Origin: Candidatus Eiseniibacteriota bacterium
GTDB taxonomy: Bacteria; Eisenbacteria; RBG-16-71-46; CAIMUX01; VGJL01
Assembly (NCBI GenBank): GCA_963792585.1
Contig: CAWBWI010000006.1
Span: 544,001 to 608,000, forward strand
Direction: 5' to 3'
Length of the DNA: 64,000 nucleotides
The translations under genes and the position numbers were made by a program. This document shows positions 48,857-58,305 of this stretch, one piece after another. Position 1 is the first letter of the stretch; the number at the start of each line of letters is the position of its first letter. Under the pieces are notes generated by a model. The model made no database searches and was not told the origin of the DNA. It worked only from the letters and a program-made list of their open reading frames with translations.

Positions 48857-48954
48857 GCGCACCATTATAGCGGTTCTCGGGAGCTCGAGGGTGTCGCCTT
48901 GACGCCGGGATCGCGGATCGGCAAGTCTAGGGGGTCTACCGAAGGGAGGACCCG

Positions 48955-49986
48955 ATGCCACTGGTGCCGATGCGCGCGCTTCTCGACCATGCCGCCGAGC
49001 ATGGATACGGGGTCGCCGCGCTGAATGTCAACAACATGGAGCAGATCCAGTCGATCATGGCCGCCGCGGAGAAGACCGACTCGCCGGTCATCATCCAGGC
49101 CTCCCGCGGGGCCCGCTCCTACTCGCAGGACAACTATCTCCGCCACCTGATGCTCGCGGCCGTCGAGTTGCATCCGCGCATTCCGATCGCGATGCACCAG
49201 GATCACGGCAACAGCCCGGCCACCTGCTTCTCCGCGATCGAGCAGGGATTCACGAGCGTCATGATGGACGGCTCCCTGACCGAGGACGGGAAGACCCCGG
49301 CGACGTACGAGTACAACGTCGACGTGACCCGTCGGGTCGTGGAGCGGGCGCACAAAGCCGGCGTGACCGTAGAGGGTGAGATCGGCACTCTCGGCGGGAT
49401 CGAGGACGGCCATGGAGCCGGCCTGACCGGGGCCGAGGCGATGGCCCATCTGACCGATCCGGCGCAGGCGGAGCGCTTCGTCGCCGACACCGGCGTCGAC
49501 GCCCTCGCCGTCGCGATCGGCACGAGCCACGGCGCCTACAAGTTCAAGAAGAAGCCGACCGGTGAGGTCCTCGTGATGGACATCATCAAGGAGATCCACC
49601 GCCGTCTCCCGAACACGCACATGGTGATGCACGGCTCATCGTCGGTGCCGAAGGAACTGATCGACATCATCAACGAGTACGGCGGCGAGATCCCCGAGAC
49701 CTACGGCGTGCCGATCGAAGAGATTCAACTCGGGATCAAGCACGGCGTGCGCAAGATCAACGTCGACACCGACAACCGTCTCGCCATCACCGGCGCGATC
49801 CGCAAGGTCTTCGCGACGAAGCCCGCGGAGTTCGATCCGCGCAGCTATCTCAAGCCTTCGCGCGAGGCGATGCAGAAGGTTTGCGAAGAGCGGATGATCG
49901 CCTTCGGGCAGGCCGGAAACGCGAGCAAGATCAAGTCGGTCTCGCTCGAAGAGATGGCGCGGCGTTACCTATCGATGGCGGTTTGA
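48955..49986 (+). CDS. fba: Fructose-bisphosphate aldolase, class II
   Basis: [46 protein letters not shown]. Confidence 0.97.
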   Translation: MPLVPMRALLDHAAEHGYGVAALNVNNMEQIQSIMAAAEKTDSPVIIQASRGARSYSQDNYLRHLMLAAVELHPRIPIAMHQDHGNSPATCFSAIEQGFTSVMMDGSLTEDGKTPATYEYNVDVTRRVVERAHKAGVTVEGEIGTLGGIEDGHGAGLTGAEAMAHLTDPAQAERFVADTGVDALAVAIGTSHGAYKFKKKPTGEVLVMDIIKEIHRRLPNTHMVMHGSSSVPKELIDIINEYGGEIPETYGVPIEEIQLGIKHGVRKINVDTDNRLAITGAIRKVFATKPAEFDPRSYLKPSREAMQKVCEERMIAFGQAGNASKIKSVSLEEMARRYLSMAV

Positions 49987-50050
49987 GCCGCGCGAGCCGC
50001 GCTCCCGATCCGGGGCCGCGGCGCCCGTCCGGGCGCCGCGGCCTCGACGT

Positions 50051-50239
50051 CTACTTGGTGCGTCCTGCGGTCGTGATATGGAAAGGCAGGTAGGCGGGGC
50101 ACCAGCCGATCAGGGCGGTCACGAGCGGCAGCAGGCCGATCGCCCCCCACCAGGTCTTCAGCACGATTCCAAGGACGATTCCCACAACGCCGAGGACGAT
50201 CCGAATCCAGCGATCCACCGATCCAATGTTCCGTGTCAT
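50051..50239 (-). CDS. DUF2892 (YgaP-like) small membrane protein
   Basis: NIGSVDRWIRIVLG...GWCPAY. Confidence 0.88.
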   Translation of the reverse strand: MTRNIGSVDRWIRIVLGVVGIVLGIVLKTWWGAIGLLPLVTALIGWCPAYLPFHITTAGRTK

Positions 50240-50317
50240 GGCCCTCCCCGCGCGGCCCGAGCCGTCGGCCGCCGTGGACCATCCTACCAGGGGCGTGACT
50301 CTCTCGCCGGAATTCGA

Positions 50318-51046
50318 TCAGCCGGGTCGTCTCAGAATTCGCACATCCGGCTCCGAGATCCGCGACCAGTTCGTGCAGCGGATCCCGTCGACAGGCTCCG
50401 ATGAGGCGACGCGGATTCCGGGTCCCCGGCCTTCCCACAGGGCATGGTAGGCGAGGAGCCCTTGGTCGAGATGACGCCTGGCAATCACGTGGATCGCTTC
50501 GGTCGATGCGAGAAATGAGTGGAGCGAGGTGTAGTCGCGGATCGGCTCGAGGCCTTGGAGGATCGACTTGCGGGGATCGGCCGGATCGTAGACGCCCAAG
50601 ATGTGGTGGAAGAGCTGCTCCGAGTCCATGTCCCCCATGGGATCGAGATCCGGCGGCGGCCGCAGTACGCTCGTATCGTTGATCACGCCGTTGTGGCAGA
50701 AGGCCCACGCCTGGCCATTGCGTTCGACGAGGAACGGGTGGGTGTTCTCCACACGAACGCTCCCCTCGCGTGAGGCGCGGCGCGCATGGAGGATTGCGAG
50801 GCCCGTGTGGACCCCGGTCAACTCGGCGACGCGGGGATCGTCGAGGCACGACCTCTCGCTCCTCGAATGACGGAGACGACCGTCCTCGACCCAGGCCGCG
50901 CCCCAACCGTCCTCGTGCCGGAACGAAGCGCCCAGGGAGCGTTTCTCGTGGGTGTGGGCGCGATTCTCGTTCGATGCCAATCGCCGCAACGCGCCCATCA
51001 GCGCACCGAGTTCGAGATCCCCTACCGCAGCGATCATCCGACACAT
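50318..51046 (-). CDS. Class II glutamine amidotransferase (YafJ-like)
   Basis: N-terminal MCRM, HEDGWG, HARRAS, NTHPF, FCHNG, DSE, ASSEP. Confidence 0.88.
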   Translation of the reverse strand: MCRMIAAVGDLELGALMGALRRLASNENRAHTHEKRSLGASFRHEDGWGAAWVEDGRLRHSRSERSCLDDPRVAELTGVHTGLAILHARRASREGSVRVENTHPFLVERNGQAWAFCHNGVINDTSVLRPPPDLDPMGDMDSEQLFHHILGVYDPADPRKSILQGLEPIRDYTSLHSFLASTEAIHVIARRHLDQGLLAYHALWEGRGPGIRVASSEPVDGIRCTNWSRISEPDVRILRRPG

Positions 51047-51200
51047 GACGGCGCCTCCCGCGGGCGGCATTCCGAGCCCACACCCGAATGCAACCATCAT
51101 ACATGCAGGAAGACGTCCCGCGCGCACCCGGTCTGCGCAGCCTCGGCTCCCGCACCCGTCCTTGTCCGGGGCGACCATCGAGGCTACTCTCGACCTCGGC

Positions 51201-52049
51201 ATGGCATCGATGCGGATCTGCTCCCTGGCCAGCGGCAGTTCGGGAAACGCGACCTACATCGCGACCGAACGGACCGCGCTACTCGTCGATTCCGGTCCCC
51301 CCGCGCGCGACGTGATCGCGCGCCTCGCGTCGATCGGCGTCGATCCCGCGCGGCTTGACGGCATCTTGATCACCCACGCCCACTCCGACCACTACCGCTC
51401 GGCCGGTACGCTGAACGCGCGCTTCAGGGTCCCGGTCTTCTGCGACCCATCCACGGCGGATGCCCTGGCGTGGCGCGGTCGCTACTCCTCCTGGAAGAGG
51501 CTCACCGAGACCCGTCCAATCCCCGAACGGATCGGGGACATCGAGGTCGAGGCGCTCGACACGCCGCACGGATTCTCGGAGGAAGGGCGTACGGTCGCCT
51601 ACCTCCTGAACCACCATCGGACCCGTGTCGCGGTCGTCACCGATCTCGGGACCGTCCCCGAGAAGATGCTCCGGCGTCTTCGGGGCGTAAATGCCATCGT
51701 CTTGGAGGCGAACTACGACGAGGCGACGATCCGCCGAAAGCTCGCCGATCCCCACCACGCCGCCGACCACCACTACCTGAGCTGGGTCTTGGGCGACCGA
51801 GGGCACCTCTCCAACCAGCAGTGCGCCGAGACGCTCGCCGGGATCCTGACCGACCGGGATGCGCACGTCTTTCTCGGACACCTGAGCGAGAACCACGAGG
51901 ACCCGCGCCAGGACAACAACGACCACAAGCTCGCGCACGACGTCGTCGCCGCCCTCCTCAAGCGCGAGCGGCTCCCCATGCCGCACATGCATCGGACGTT
52001 CCGCATCGGCCGCAGGCCGAGCGGGCCCAGCGATCTGCTCGACTTCTGA
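51201..52049 (+). CDS. MBL-fold metallo-hydrolase (YycJ/WalJ-like)
   Basis: LASGSSGNA, THAHSDH, TDLG, LEANYD, GHLSN, GHLSEN. Confidence 0.9.
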   Translation: MASMRICSLASGSSGNATYIATERTALLVDSGPPARDVIARLASIGVDPARLDGILITHAHSDHYRSAGTLNARFRVPVFCDPSTADALAWRGRYSSWKRLTETRPIPERIGDIEVEALDTPHGFSEEGRTVAYLLNHHRTRVAVVTDLGTVPEKMLRRLRGVNAIVLEANYDEATIRRKLADPHHAADHHYLSWVLGDRGHLSNQQCAETLAGILTDRDAHVFLGHLSENHEDPRQDNNDHKLAHDVVAALLKRERLPMPHMHRTFRIGRRPSGPSDLLDF

Positions 52050-52056
52050 TACCCGG

Positions 52057-52641
52057 TTAGCGGAAGTGCGCGAGGAAGATCCGCAGCACCTGCGGGTCAA
52101 GCGCGATCGTTGCGAGTACACCTCCGATCGCGCCCCCGAGATGGGCCGCATGCCCGATCCGCCCCATCCGCCGTTTCGCGCCGACAATGGAGATGGCCAC
52201 GTATCCGATAGCAAAGAGGACGGCCGGAATCCCGATCGGAATCAGGAAGATATAGATGGGCGCGAGGGGCCGATAGAGGACGAATCCGAAGATCACGCCG
52301 GTCACCGCCCCGGATGCGCCGACGGCGCGATAGCCCGGATCGCGATGGTACAGGGCAAAGGTGAGGAGGCTGCCCACAAGCAGGGAGATGAAATAGAGGG
52401 CGACGAATCCTCGCGGGCCGAGAATCTGCAACATCGGCGGGCCGAAGAAGTAGAGGCTCAGCATGTTGAAGAATAGATGGCCGATGTCCGCGTGGATGAG
52501 GCCCGAGGTGAGGAGCTGGTGGACCTTGTGATCGCGCGCGATTTCGTACGGGCACTCTCCGAGTGCGCGGATCATCCCGGGAGTCGCCCACGCAACGAAA
52601 CTCGCCAAGCAGGTGATCAGGATGATGCCGAGAACCGCCAC
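52057..52641 (-). CDS. Rhomboid-family intramembrane serine protease
   Basis: HADIGHLFFNM, GASGA, HAAHLGG; GTG start with a GAGGAGG SD. Confidence 0.92.
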   Translation of the reverse strand: MAVLGIILITCLASFVAWATPGMIRALGECPYEIARDHKVHQLLTSGLIHADIGHLFFNMLSLYFFGPPMLQILGPRGFVALYFISLLVGSLLTFALYHRDPGYRAVGASGAVTGVIFGFVLYRPLAPIYIFLIPIGIPAVLFAIGYVAISIVGAKRRMGRIGHAAHLGGAIGGVLATIALDPQVLRIFLAHFR

Positions 52642-52960
52642 GCGCGCCTCCTCCTCACTGCGTACACCCCGACCCGGCAGAACCGCCTTCGGGCCAGTGT
52701 CCGGCAGCCGACCCCCCGCATGCAAAGCGGATCTTCAGACAGACCCTCTGCGCCTGCCCATGAGGAGCGCGTTCGTACAGCGCACCGTGACTCCCCTAAA
52801 CCGTGGGGGGACGAGTATGATGTCGTAATGGATTGTTGCGCATAACGTAACAGCCTCCCATAGGTCCGGCGGTCCTCCGCAGCCGGGCCCCGCAAGCCGC
52901 AGACGAGAAGACTTCGCGGTCGGCCCCTGCCGTCAAATCGACAATACTACTGTAAACATC

Positions 52961-52990
52961 TTGAGACACTTTCGGCACTTGAGATATAAT
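52961..52990 (+). promoter_or_regulatory. Sigma70-like promoter of the PEP-CTERM gene
   Basis: TTGAGA-N18-TATAAT. Confidence 0.5.
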
Positions 52991-53080
52991 TGTCAGGCAG
53001 CGTGCCGAGGCGAATTATTCCGCTCTTGCCCCGCTTGTCTGGGGTCGGCACGATGCAGCCGATAAGAGGAGGACCTCGTT

Positions 53081-53533
53081 ATGAGATGGTCCATGCGTGT
53101 CGTTCTAATCCTGATCGTCGCCACCTTGGTGCCGGCGGTGCCCACGAAAGCCGTGATGGTCCCGCTTGCCGATATCGGGAATGGTCTCGACAGGTCCCTG
53201 CCCCCCACCGCCTGCGACATGGTCAGTGTCCCGTCCGGCTGGAGCAGCTCAACTCCGGTGCCGATCCTCGACACGGAGATCGTGGGAGACGGCCTCCCCG
53301 GCCCGGGCTGGCTGGGATCCGGGACGATCATTCCCGGTCGTGAAGGGCGAAGCTGGCAGGAGCCGCCGCACTCCATGGTGATCGATCATACGCAGCAGCA
53401 ACTCCTGCTCACGCGCAGCATCGTCGCGCAGGGATTGATCACCCCTGTTCCCGAACCGACGTCGCTCATCCTGCTGGGAGTCGGGCTTGCCGGCCTCGGC
53501 GTGGCGCGCCGGCTCAGGAGGAAGTCCGCCTAG
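53081..53533 (+). CDS. PEP-CTERM sorting-domain protein
   Basis: Signal peptide; VPEPTSLILLGVGLAGLGVARRLRRK tail; GAGGAGG SD. Confidence 0.92.
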   Translation: MRWSMRVVLILIVATLVPAVPTKAVMVPLADIGNGLDRSLPPTACDMVSVPSGWSSSTPVPILDTEIVGDGLPGPGWLGSGTIIPGREGRSWQEPPHSMVIDHTQQQLLLTRSIVAQGLITPVPEPTSLILLGVGLAGLGVARRLRRKSA

Positions 53534-53625
53534 CGATCCGCACGAACCGGCCCTTGCCGGACGCACACGAAGAAGCCGTTCCGGGCGCGACCCGAAACGG
53601 CCTCCCTCAGGGAACCTGCAGGCTC

Positions 53626-55005
53626 TTATCGAATATCCGCCACGCAGAGCCTCATCAGATCGCCGACCTTCTCGAGCTTTTCGAGCGAGAAGACCGCCTG
53701 GCGGATCTTCTCCCGGCGCTCATCGCTGAACGACGGCCCCGCGAGAGCGTCGAACTTGATCGTGAGCTCGTCCTGCGTCATCGGATCGCGCGGATCCCCC
53801 TTCGGGATGTCGATCCTGCGATCGAAGACCTTCCCGTCGGTCGTCTCGATCTCGACGCGACACGGCTGGAGCTTTGGGAAGAGCTTCTCGAACTCCTGGT
53901 TCGCCTTGACCTTGATCTTCTGCAGCTGCGCGCGCAGGCGCGGCTCCATGATCTTCGATTCGTGAAACTGCTCCGGCGTGACCTTGTGGTCAACGATTGC
54001 CGCGGCGATGCAGTAAGGCAGCGAGTGGTCGGCCGCTTCCTTGGTCCGCGGATCGTACTTCGCCGGATCGCTCAGGATGTCCGCCGCACGGGCGATCGTC
54101 TCAATCCGCACTTCCTTCACCTGCTCGGCCTGGAGCTTGTTCTCGCGAAGCAGGTAAAGGGTCGCGGTGATCGGCGTGTGGGTGAGCGCCTCGGTCGGAT
54201 AGGCCTTCATCCCGCAGTCCTTGATCTTGAAACCGTTGCCGAGCCCGCCGATCAGCTTCTCGGTGTCCCACCCCTCGTGGAGGCAGTGGAACATCCCTTC
54301 CTTCCCGTCGAGGACGTTCTCGGGACCGGTGTAGCCGTGCTGCGCCAGCAACGCCGATTCCACGCCCGCGCGGGTCGCCATCGGGTCGACCGTGTTCTTC
54401 ATCATCGAGAGTTTGCCGGCGACCGCGGAGCCGAGGGTCAGGTGGCGGCAGGCCGAGATCCCCAGCGCGTGCTGCATCCGGTCGGGATCGAGGCCAAGCA
54501 TCCGCCCTGCCACGAGCGGGGACGCGAAGGCGGTCAACGTCGCGTGATGCCAGCCGCGTTCACGGATCCCGGGAACGGCGAACTCGCACAACCGCATCTC
54601 GATCTCGTAGGCCAAGACGATCCCGAGGATCAGGTCCCGCCCGGACAGTCCGTCGCGCTCGCACAGGACACTCGCGGCCGGAATGATATCGCTCGGGTGC
54701 GACGGATCGGCCTTCCAGTAGATATCGTTGTAGTCCATCGCGCGGATCATGAGGCTGTTGAGGAACGCCGCCTCCACCGAATGGGTCTTCATCCCCGACC
54801 CGAAGACGGTGCACTCCGGCTTCGCCGCCTTCTCGGCGACATGCTTCTCGACGATTTGCGAGTCGTGAAGCCGCGCGCCGCCGAAGGCGCAGCCGAGCGA
54901 GTCATAGAGGAACGCCTTCGCGTACTCGATCGCGTCGGGCGTCAGGTGGTCATACTGCAACTGCGAGGCCCACTCGGCCAGGGTCCGGCTCAGCATCTGC
55001 GCCAT
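53626..55005 (-). CDS. prpD: MmgE/PrpD-family dehydratase (2-methylcitrate dehydratase-like)
   Basis: RAMDYND, SHPSD, GWHH, LSMMK, KAYPTE, KEAADHSLPY, PKGDPRDP. Confidence 0.88.
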   Translation of the reverse strand: MAQMLSRTLAEWASQLQYDHLTPDAIEYAKAFLYDSLGCAFGGARLHDSQIVEKHVAEKAAKPECTVFGSGMKTHSVEAAFLNSLMIRAMDYNDIYWKADPSHPSDIIPAASVLCERDGLSGRDLILGIVLAYEIEMRLCEFAVPGIRERGWHHATLTAFASPLVAGRMLGLDPDRMQHALGISACRHLTLGSAVAGKLSMMKNTVDPMATRAGVESALLAQHGYTGPENVLDGKEGMFHCLHEGWDTEKLIGGLGNGFKIKDCGMKAYPTEALTHTPITATLYLLRENKLQAEQVKEVRIETIARAADILSDPAKYDPRTKEAADHSLPYCIAAAIVDHKVTPEQFHESKIMEPRLRAQLQKIKVKANQEFEKLFPKLQPCRVEIETTDGKVFDRRIDIPKGDPRDPMTQDELTIKFDALAGPSFSDERREKIRQAVFSLEKLEKVGDLMRLCVADIR

Positions 55006-55021
55006 CTCGATCCTCCCCTCC

Positions 55022-56965
55022 CTATCCCGCTATCCGGTGCCGTAGCACCGATTCGAAACCGCCCAGGGCCACGAGTTCCTGTGCCACCCCGCGCAGCGGC
55101 GCGAACGTGTAGGTCTTGCCGCCCACGGCGATCGTGCTCGACTCGAAATCGATCCGGGCCTTCCAGTCGGTGCGGATCGTCGGGTCCTTCACGCCCGCAT
55201 AGGCGGTGCGCAGATCGGTCACGAGTCGCGGGCACTCGATCACGATGTAGGCGTTGTTGAATGCATTGCGCTTGTAGGTCTGCGAGTAGGAGCCCGCGAT
55301 CACCATGGGAATGCCACGAAACTTCAGACAGGTCGCCGCCTGCTCGCGCGAGGAGCCGCTCCCGAAGTTCCAGCCCCCGACCATGATGTCGCCTTCCCGC
55401 GCGATCTCCTGGAATTTCGGATCGTAGTTCAACATCGCGACCTTCCCCATCTCGGCCGGGGAAAGGTCGTCCTTGTAGGTGTACTCCTTGCCGTAGATCC
55501 CATCGGTGTTCAGGTTGTCCTTCGGGATCAGGATCAGCGTCCCCTCGATGGACTTCGGGAATCCCTCGCGGATCGTGATCTTCTCGGCCTTCGGCTCGGG
55601 CGGGGTGTGCTCACGGACCGTCCCCTGGAGCTTGACGCTCGACATCGGTTCCGGCGCAGCGATCACGCCGGCCGCGGCCGAGGCGGCGACGACGGCGGGC
55701 GAGGCGAGATAGGCCAGCGAATCGGCAGCCCCCATCCGCCCCTTGAAGTTCCGGTTCGTCGCGGAGATCGCCACCTCGCCGGAGGCGAGGATCCCCTCGC
55801 CGAGGCCGATACATGGGCCGCACCCGGGCGGAAGCGCGATGGCGCCCGCGCCCACGAGCGTCTGCCAGTATCCCAGGCGCTTGGCCTCGGCCTCGATGAA
55901 GGCGGAGGCGGCGGCGATGTAGAGCTTCACGCCGGGTGCGACTTTCTTGCCCTCGATCGCTTGGGCCGCATCGGCGAAGTCCTCGAGGCGCCCGTTGACG
56001 CAGGAGAGGAGATAGGCCTTGTCGATCTTGACGCGCTTCGCCTCGATCTCGGGCAGGGGCGTGATCGTCTTGACCTCGTTCGGCCCGGCCACGTGAGGCA
56101 CCACGCTCGCGAGGTCGAGGGTGAACTCCTTCAGGTAGAAGGCATCCGGATCGGGTTTCGGGTTGTCCCGCTCGAACCGCTCGATGATCTCGGGCGTCAG
56201 CCGCGGCGTCGCATCGCCGCGACGCTTCATCGCCTCCGCGCGCTTGAGCAGATAGGCGCGCGTCGTCGCATCGTACGGTATCAGCCCGACGAGGGCGCCC
56301 CACTCCGTCGTCATGTTCGCGATCGTCGTCCGCTGGTCCATCGTGAGGGAGACGATCCCGTCGCCCGCGAACTCGATCGCGCAGTTCAGGGCCTCGTCCT
56401 TGTTGAAGAATCCGATCAGCGCGATGATGACGTCCTTGCCGGTGACCCCGTGAGCGAGCTTGCCGGTAAGGTTGACCCGCACGACCGGCGGGACTTCCCA
56501 CCAGGTTTCCCCGGTCGACCAGATCGCGGCCGCATCGGTGCGGACGATCGGCGTGCCGAGCGCGCCGACGGCGCCATAGATGTTCGAGTGCGAGTCGCTG
56601 CCCACGACGAACGTTCCTGGCAGGGCGAAGCCCTCTTCGATCATCAGCTGATGTCCGATCCCGCTCTTCGACGGGAAGAAGGCCAGGCCGTGCTCGCGCG
56701 CGAACGCCTCGATCGCCGCATACTTCGCCAGGTTCTCCGGCGTCTCGTTCTGGACGTCGTGATCGAGCGCCACCATCGGCTGCGACGGGTCGAAGACCTT
56801 CGACGCACCAATCGACTTGAACTTCGGGATGACAGCGCCGGTGTTGTCGTGCGTGAGCACGTGCTTCGGCCTGACGGAAACGAAGTCGCCCGCATGCACC
56901 CGGAATCCGGGCGCCAGACCGACCGCGAACCGCTCGGCGATCTTCTCGATTAGATTCTGTCCCAT
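55022..56965 (-). CDS. lysF: Single-chain homoaconitase of fungal Lys4/LysF type
   Basis: GQNLIEKI, THDN, ALDHDVQN, GIGHQ, SDSHSN, RTDAAAIWSTGETWW, SCVN, GCGPCIG, TNRNFKGRMG, fused swivel domain NTDGIY and NFGSGSSREQAA. Confidence 0.82.
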   Translation of the reverse strand: MGQNLIEKIAERFAVGLAPGFRVHAGDFVSVRPKHVLTHDNTGAVIPKFKSIGASKVFDPSQPMVALDHDVQNETPENLAKYAAIEAFAREHGLAFFPSKSGIGHQLMIEEGFALPGTFVVGSDSHSNIYGAVGALGTPIVRTDAAAIWSTGETWWEVPPVVRVNLTGKLAHGVTGKDVIIALIGFFNKDEALNCAIEFAGDGIVSLTMDQRTTIANMTTEWGALVGLIPYDATTRAYLLKRAEAMKRRGDATPRLTPEIIERFERDNPKPDPDAFYLKEFTLDLASVVPHVAGPNEVKTITPLPEIEAKRVKIDKAYLLSCVNGRLEDFADAAQAIEGKKVAPGVKLYIAAASAFIEAEAKRLGYWQTLVGAGAIALPPGCGPCIGLGEGILASGEVAISATNRNFKGRMGAADSLAYLASPAVVAASAAAGVIAAPEPMSSVKLQGTVREHTPPEPKAEKITIREGFPKSIEGTLILIPKDNLNTDGIYGKEYTYKDDLSPAEMGKVAMLNYDPKFQEIAREGDIMVGGWNFGSGSSREQAATCLKFRGIPMVIAGSYSQTYKRNAFNNAYIVIECPRLVTDLRTAYAGVKDPTIRTDWKARIDFESSTIAVGGKTYTFAPLRGVAQELVALGGFESVLRHRIAG

Positions 56966-57090
56966 AGAGTTAGCCTCCTCCACCCTACCCTGTCGACGGG
57001 GGTCTGGCTCTTGACGCGCTCGCCGGCCGGGATTGTGTCAACCCGTGGTCGAAGTCGTCAAGGCGGGGAAACCGAGTCTGTGGGGAATTC

Positions 57091-58224
57091 CTACCCAGGC
57101 AAGGTGACGGTGAAGGTCGTGCCCACCTCGCGGCTGGAACTGAAAGTGACCCACCCGCCGAGGTAACGCTCGGTCAGCAGCTTCACGCTGTAGGCGCCGA
57201 TCCCGCGGCCGCCGCCCTCTTTCGTCGTGAAGGAGCGCTGGAACATCTGGAGCTGAACGTCCTCGGGCATGAACGCCTTGCTGTGGATATGGAAGGTGGG
57301 TGCGCCGAGGTTGACGAAGCTCACGTGGATCGAGTCCCCGCGCGAGGAGGCCTCGATGGCGTTCTTGATCAAGTTGCCGAGAATCCGGCCCAGGAGGATC
57401 TCATCCGTGCGGATCATCGTGGACCCGGAGAATCTGGGCGGCTCGACCATGCCGCCGCGCGCCATGGTCAATCGGCTGTAGAGCAGGCAGAGGCGCGTGA
57501 CCAAGGGCGCGACATCAAACTTCCGGATGTCGGGCTTGAGATCCCCACGTTCCGCGGCGACCAGATCGCGCAGCGCCTCGATCTCATCGATGACCAGGCC
57601 CGCAAGCGTTCGCGCTTGCTCGTTGATGGCGACGGCCTCTTCGCCGCCCACTTCCGACCACAATTCCAGGAGCCCGCGAAGCCCGCCCGCCGTGTTCAGG
57701 AGATCATGACAACAGATCCGCTCGAGAACTTCGCGGCGCCTCTCGTCGGTCGTGTCACGGATCGCAAAGACCGTGAAGGATTCCCCTTGGACGTCGATGG
57801 GCGTGGTGACCACGCGCATGTCCATGGCCATGGCGCCCTGCGGCGACCGGAATGTGATTCTGCATTCCTCGGATTGCGGAGTGGTGACCGTTTGCGATTC
57901 CGTGATCGCCCGGAACGCGCCGCAGCACGTGCAGAACTGGCTCGTTCCGCAGCCATGCGGCTCATCGTCGGCGTGGATGCAGCCAATCGCCTCCCCGGGG
58001 CGCTGGCCGAGGACCTCGTCCCGTTCGCAACCGAGCATCCGCGCCAGCTTGTCGTTGGCGAGAACGATCTGGCGTTGCTCGTTCAGAATCGCCGCCGGCT
58101 CGGGGAAGCAGTCGAGGAGCTTCGCCAGGTTCGCTTCGGATCGGAGGGCAGTGTTCTCGTCCTCGATCTTTCGCATGGAGGCACGTCCTGCGCACGAGAC
58201 GGGGTTGGCTTCCGGCCGATGCAT
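57091..58224 (-). CDS. Cytoplasmic PAS-domain sensor histidine kinase
   Basis: PAS with a Cys cluster, H-box HDLLN, NLIKNAIEA, FTTK, GRGIGAY. No TM segment and no adjacent response regulator. Confidence 0.88.
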   Translation of the reverse strand: MHRPEANPVSCAGRASMRKIEDENTALRSEANLAKLLDCFPEPAAILNEQRQIVLANDKLARMLGCERDEVLGQRPGEAIGCIHADDEPHGCGTSQFCTCCGAFRAITESQTVTTPQSEECRITFRSPQGAMAMDMRVVTTPIDVQGESFTVFAIRDTTDERRREVLERICCHDLLNTAGGLRGLLELWSEVGGEEAVAINEQARTLAGLVIDEIEALRDLVAAERGDLKPDIRKFDVAPLVTRLCLLYSRLTMARGGMVEPPRFSGSTMIRTDEILLGRILGNLIKNAIEASSRGDSIHVSFVNLGAPTFHIHSKAFMPEDVQLQMFQRSFTTKEGGGRGIGAYSVKLLTERYLGGWVTFSSSREVGTTFTVTLPG

Positions 58225-58305
58225 AGTCGTCCTTTCTCGGTTCACGTTCGGGGGGCCACGTTCGTGTTCGGCCTACTACGTTATCGGCCTTCAGGAGAGG
58301 AGCGA

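Noticed and set aside
48955..49986. Aldolase resembling the CbbA subtype as evidence for a Calvin cycle
   Set aside because: No RuBisCO or phosphoribulokinase nearby, and this subtype is common in heterotrophs.
52660..52960. Long intergenic stretch as a possible ncRNA or riboswitch
   Set aside because: No family motif or convincing conserved structure recognisable by eye; an Rfam/Infernal scan would be needed.
52057..53533. Rhomboid next to a PEP-CTERM gene as a sortase/substrate pair
   Set aside because: PEP-CTERM is processed by exosortases and rhombosortases act on GlyGly-CTERM. The genes are divergent and the rhomboid looks generic.
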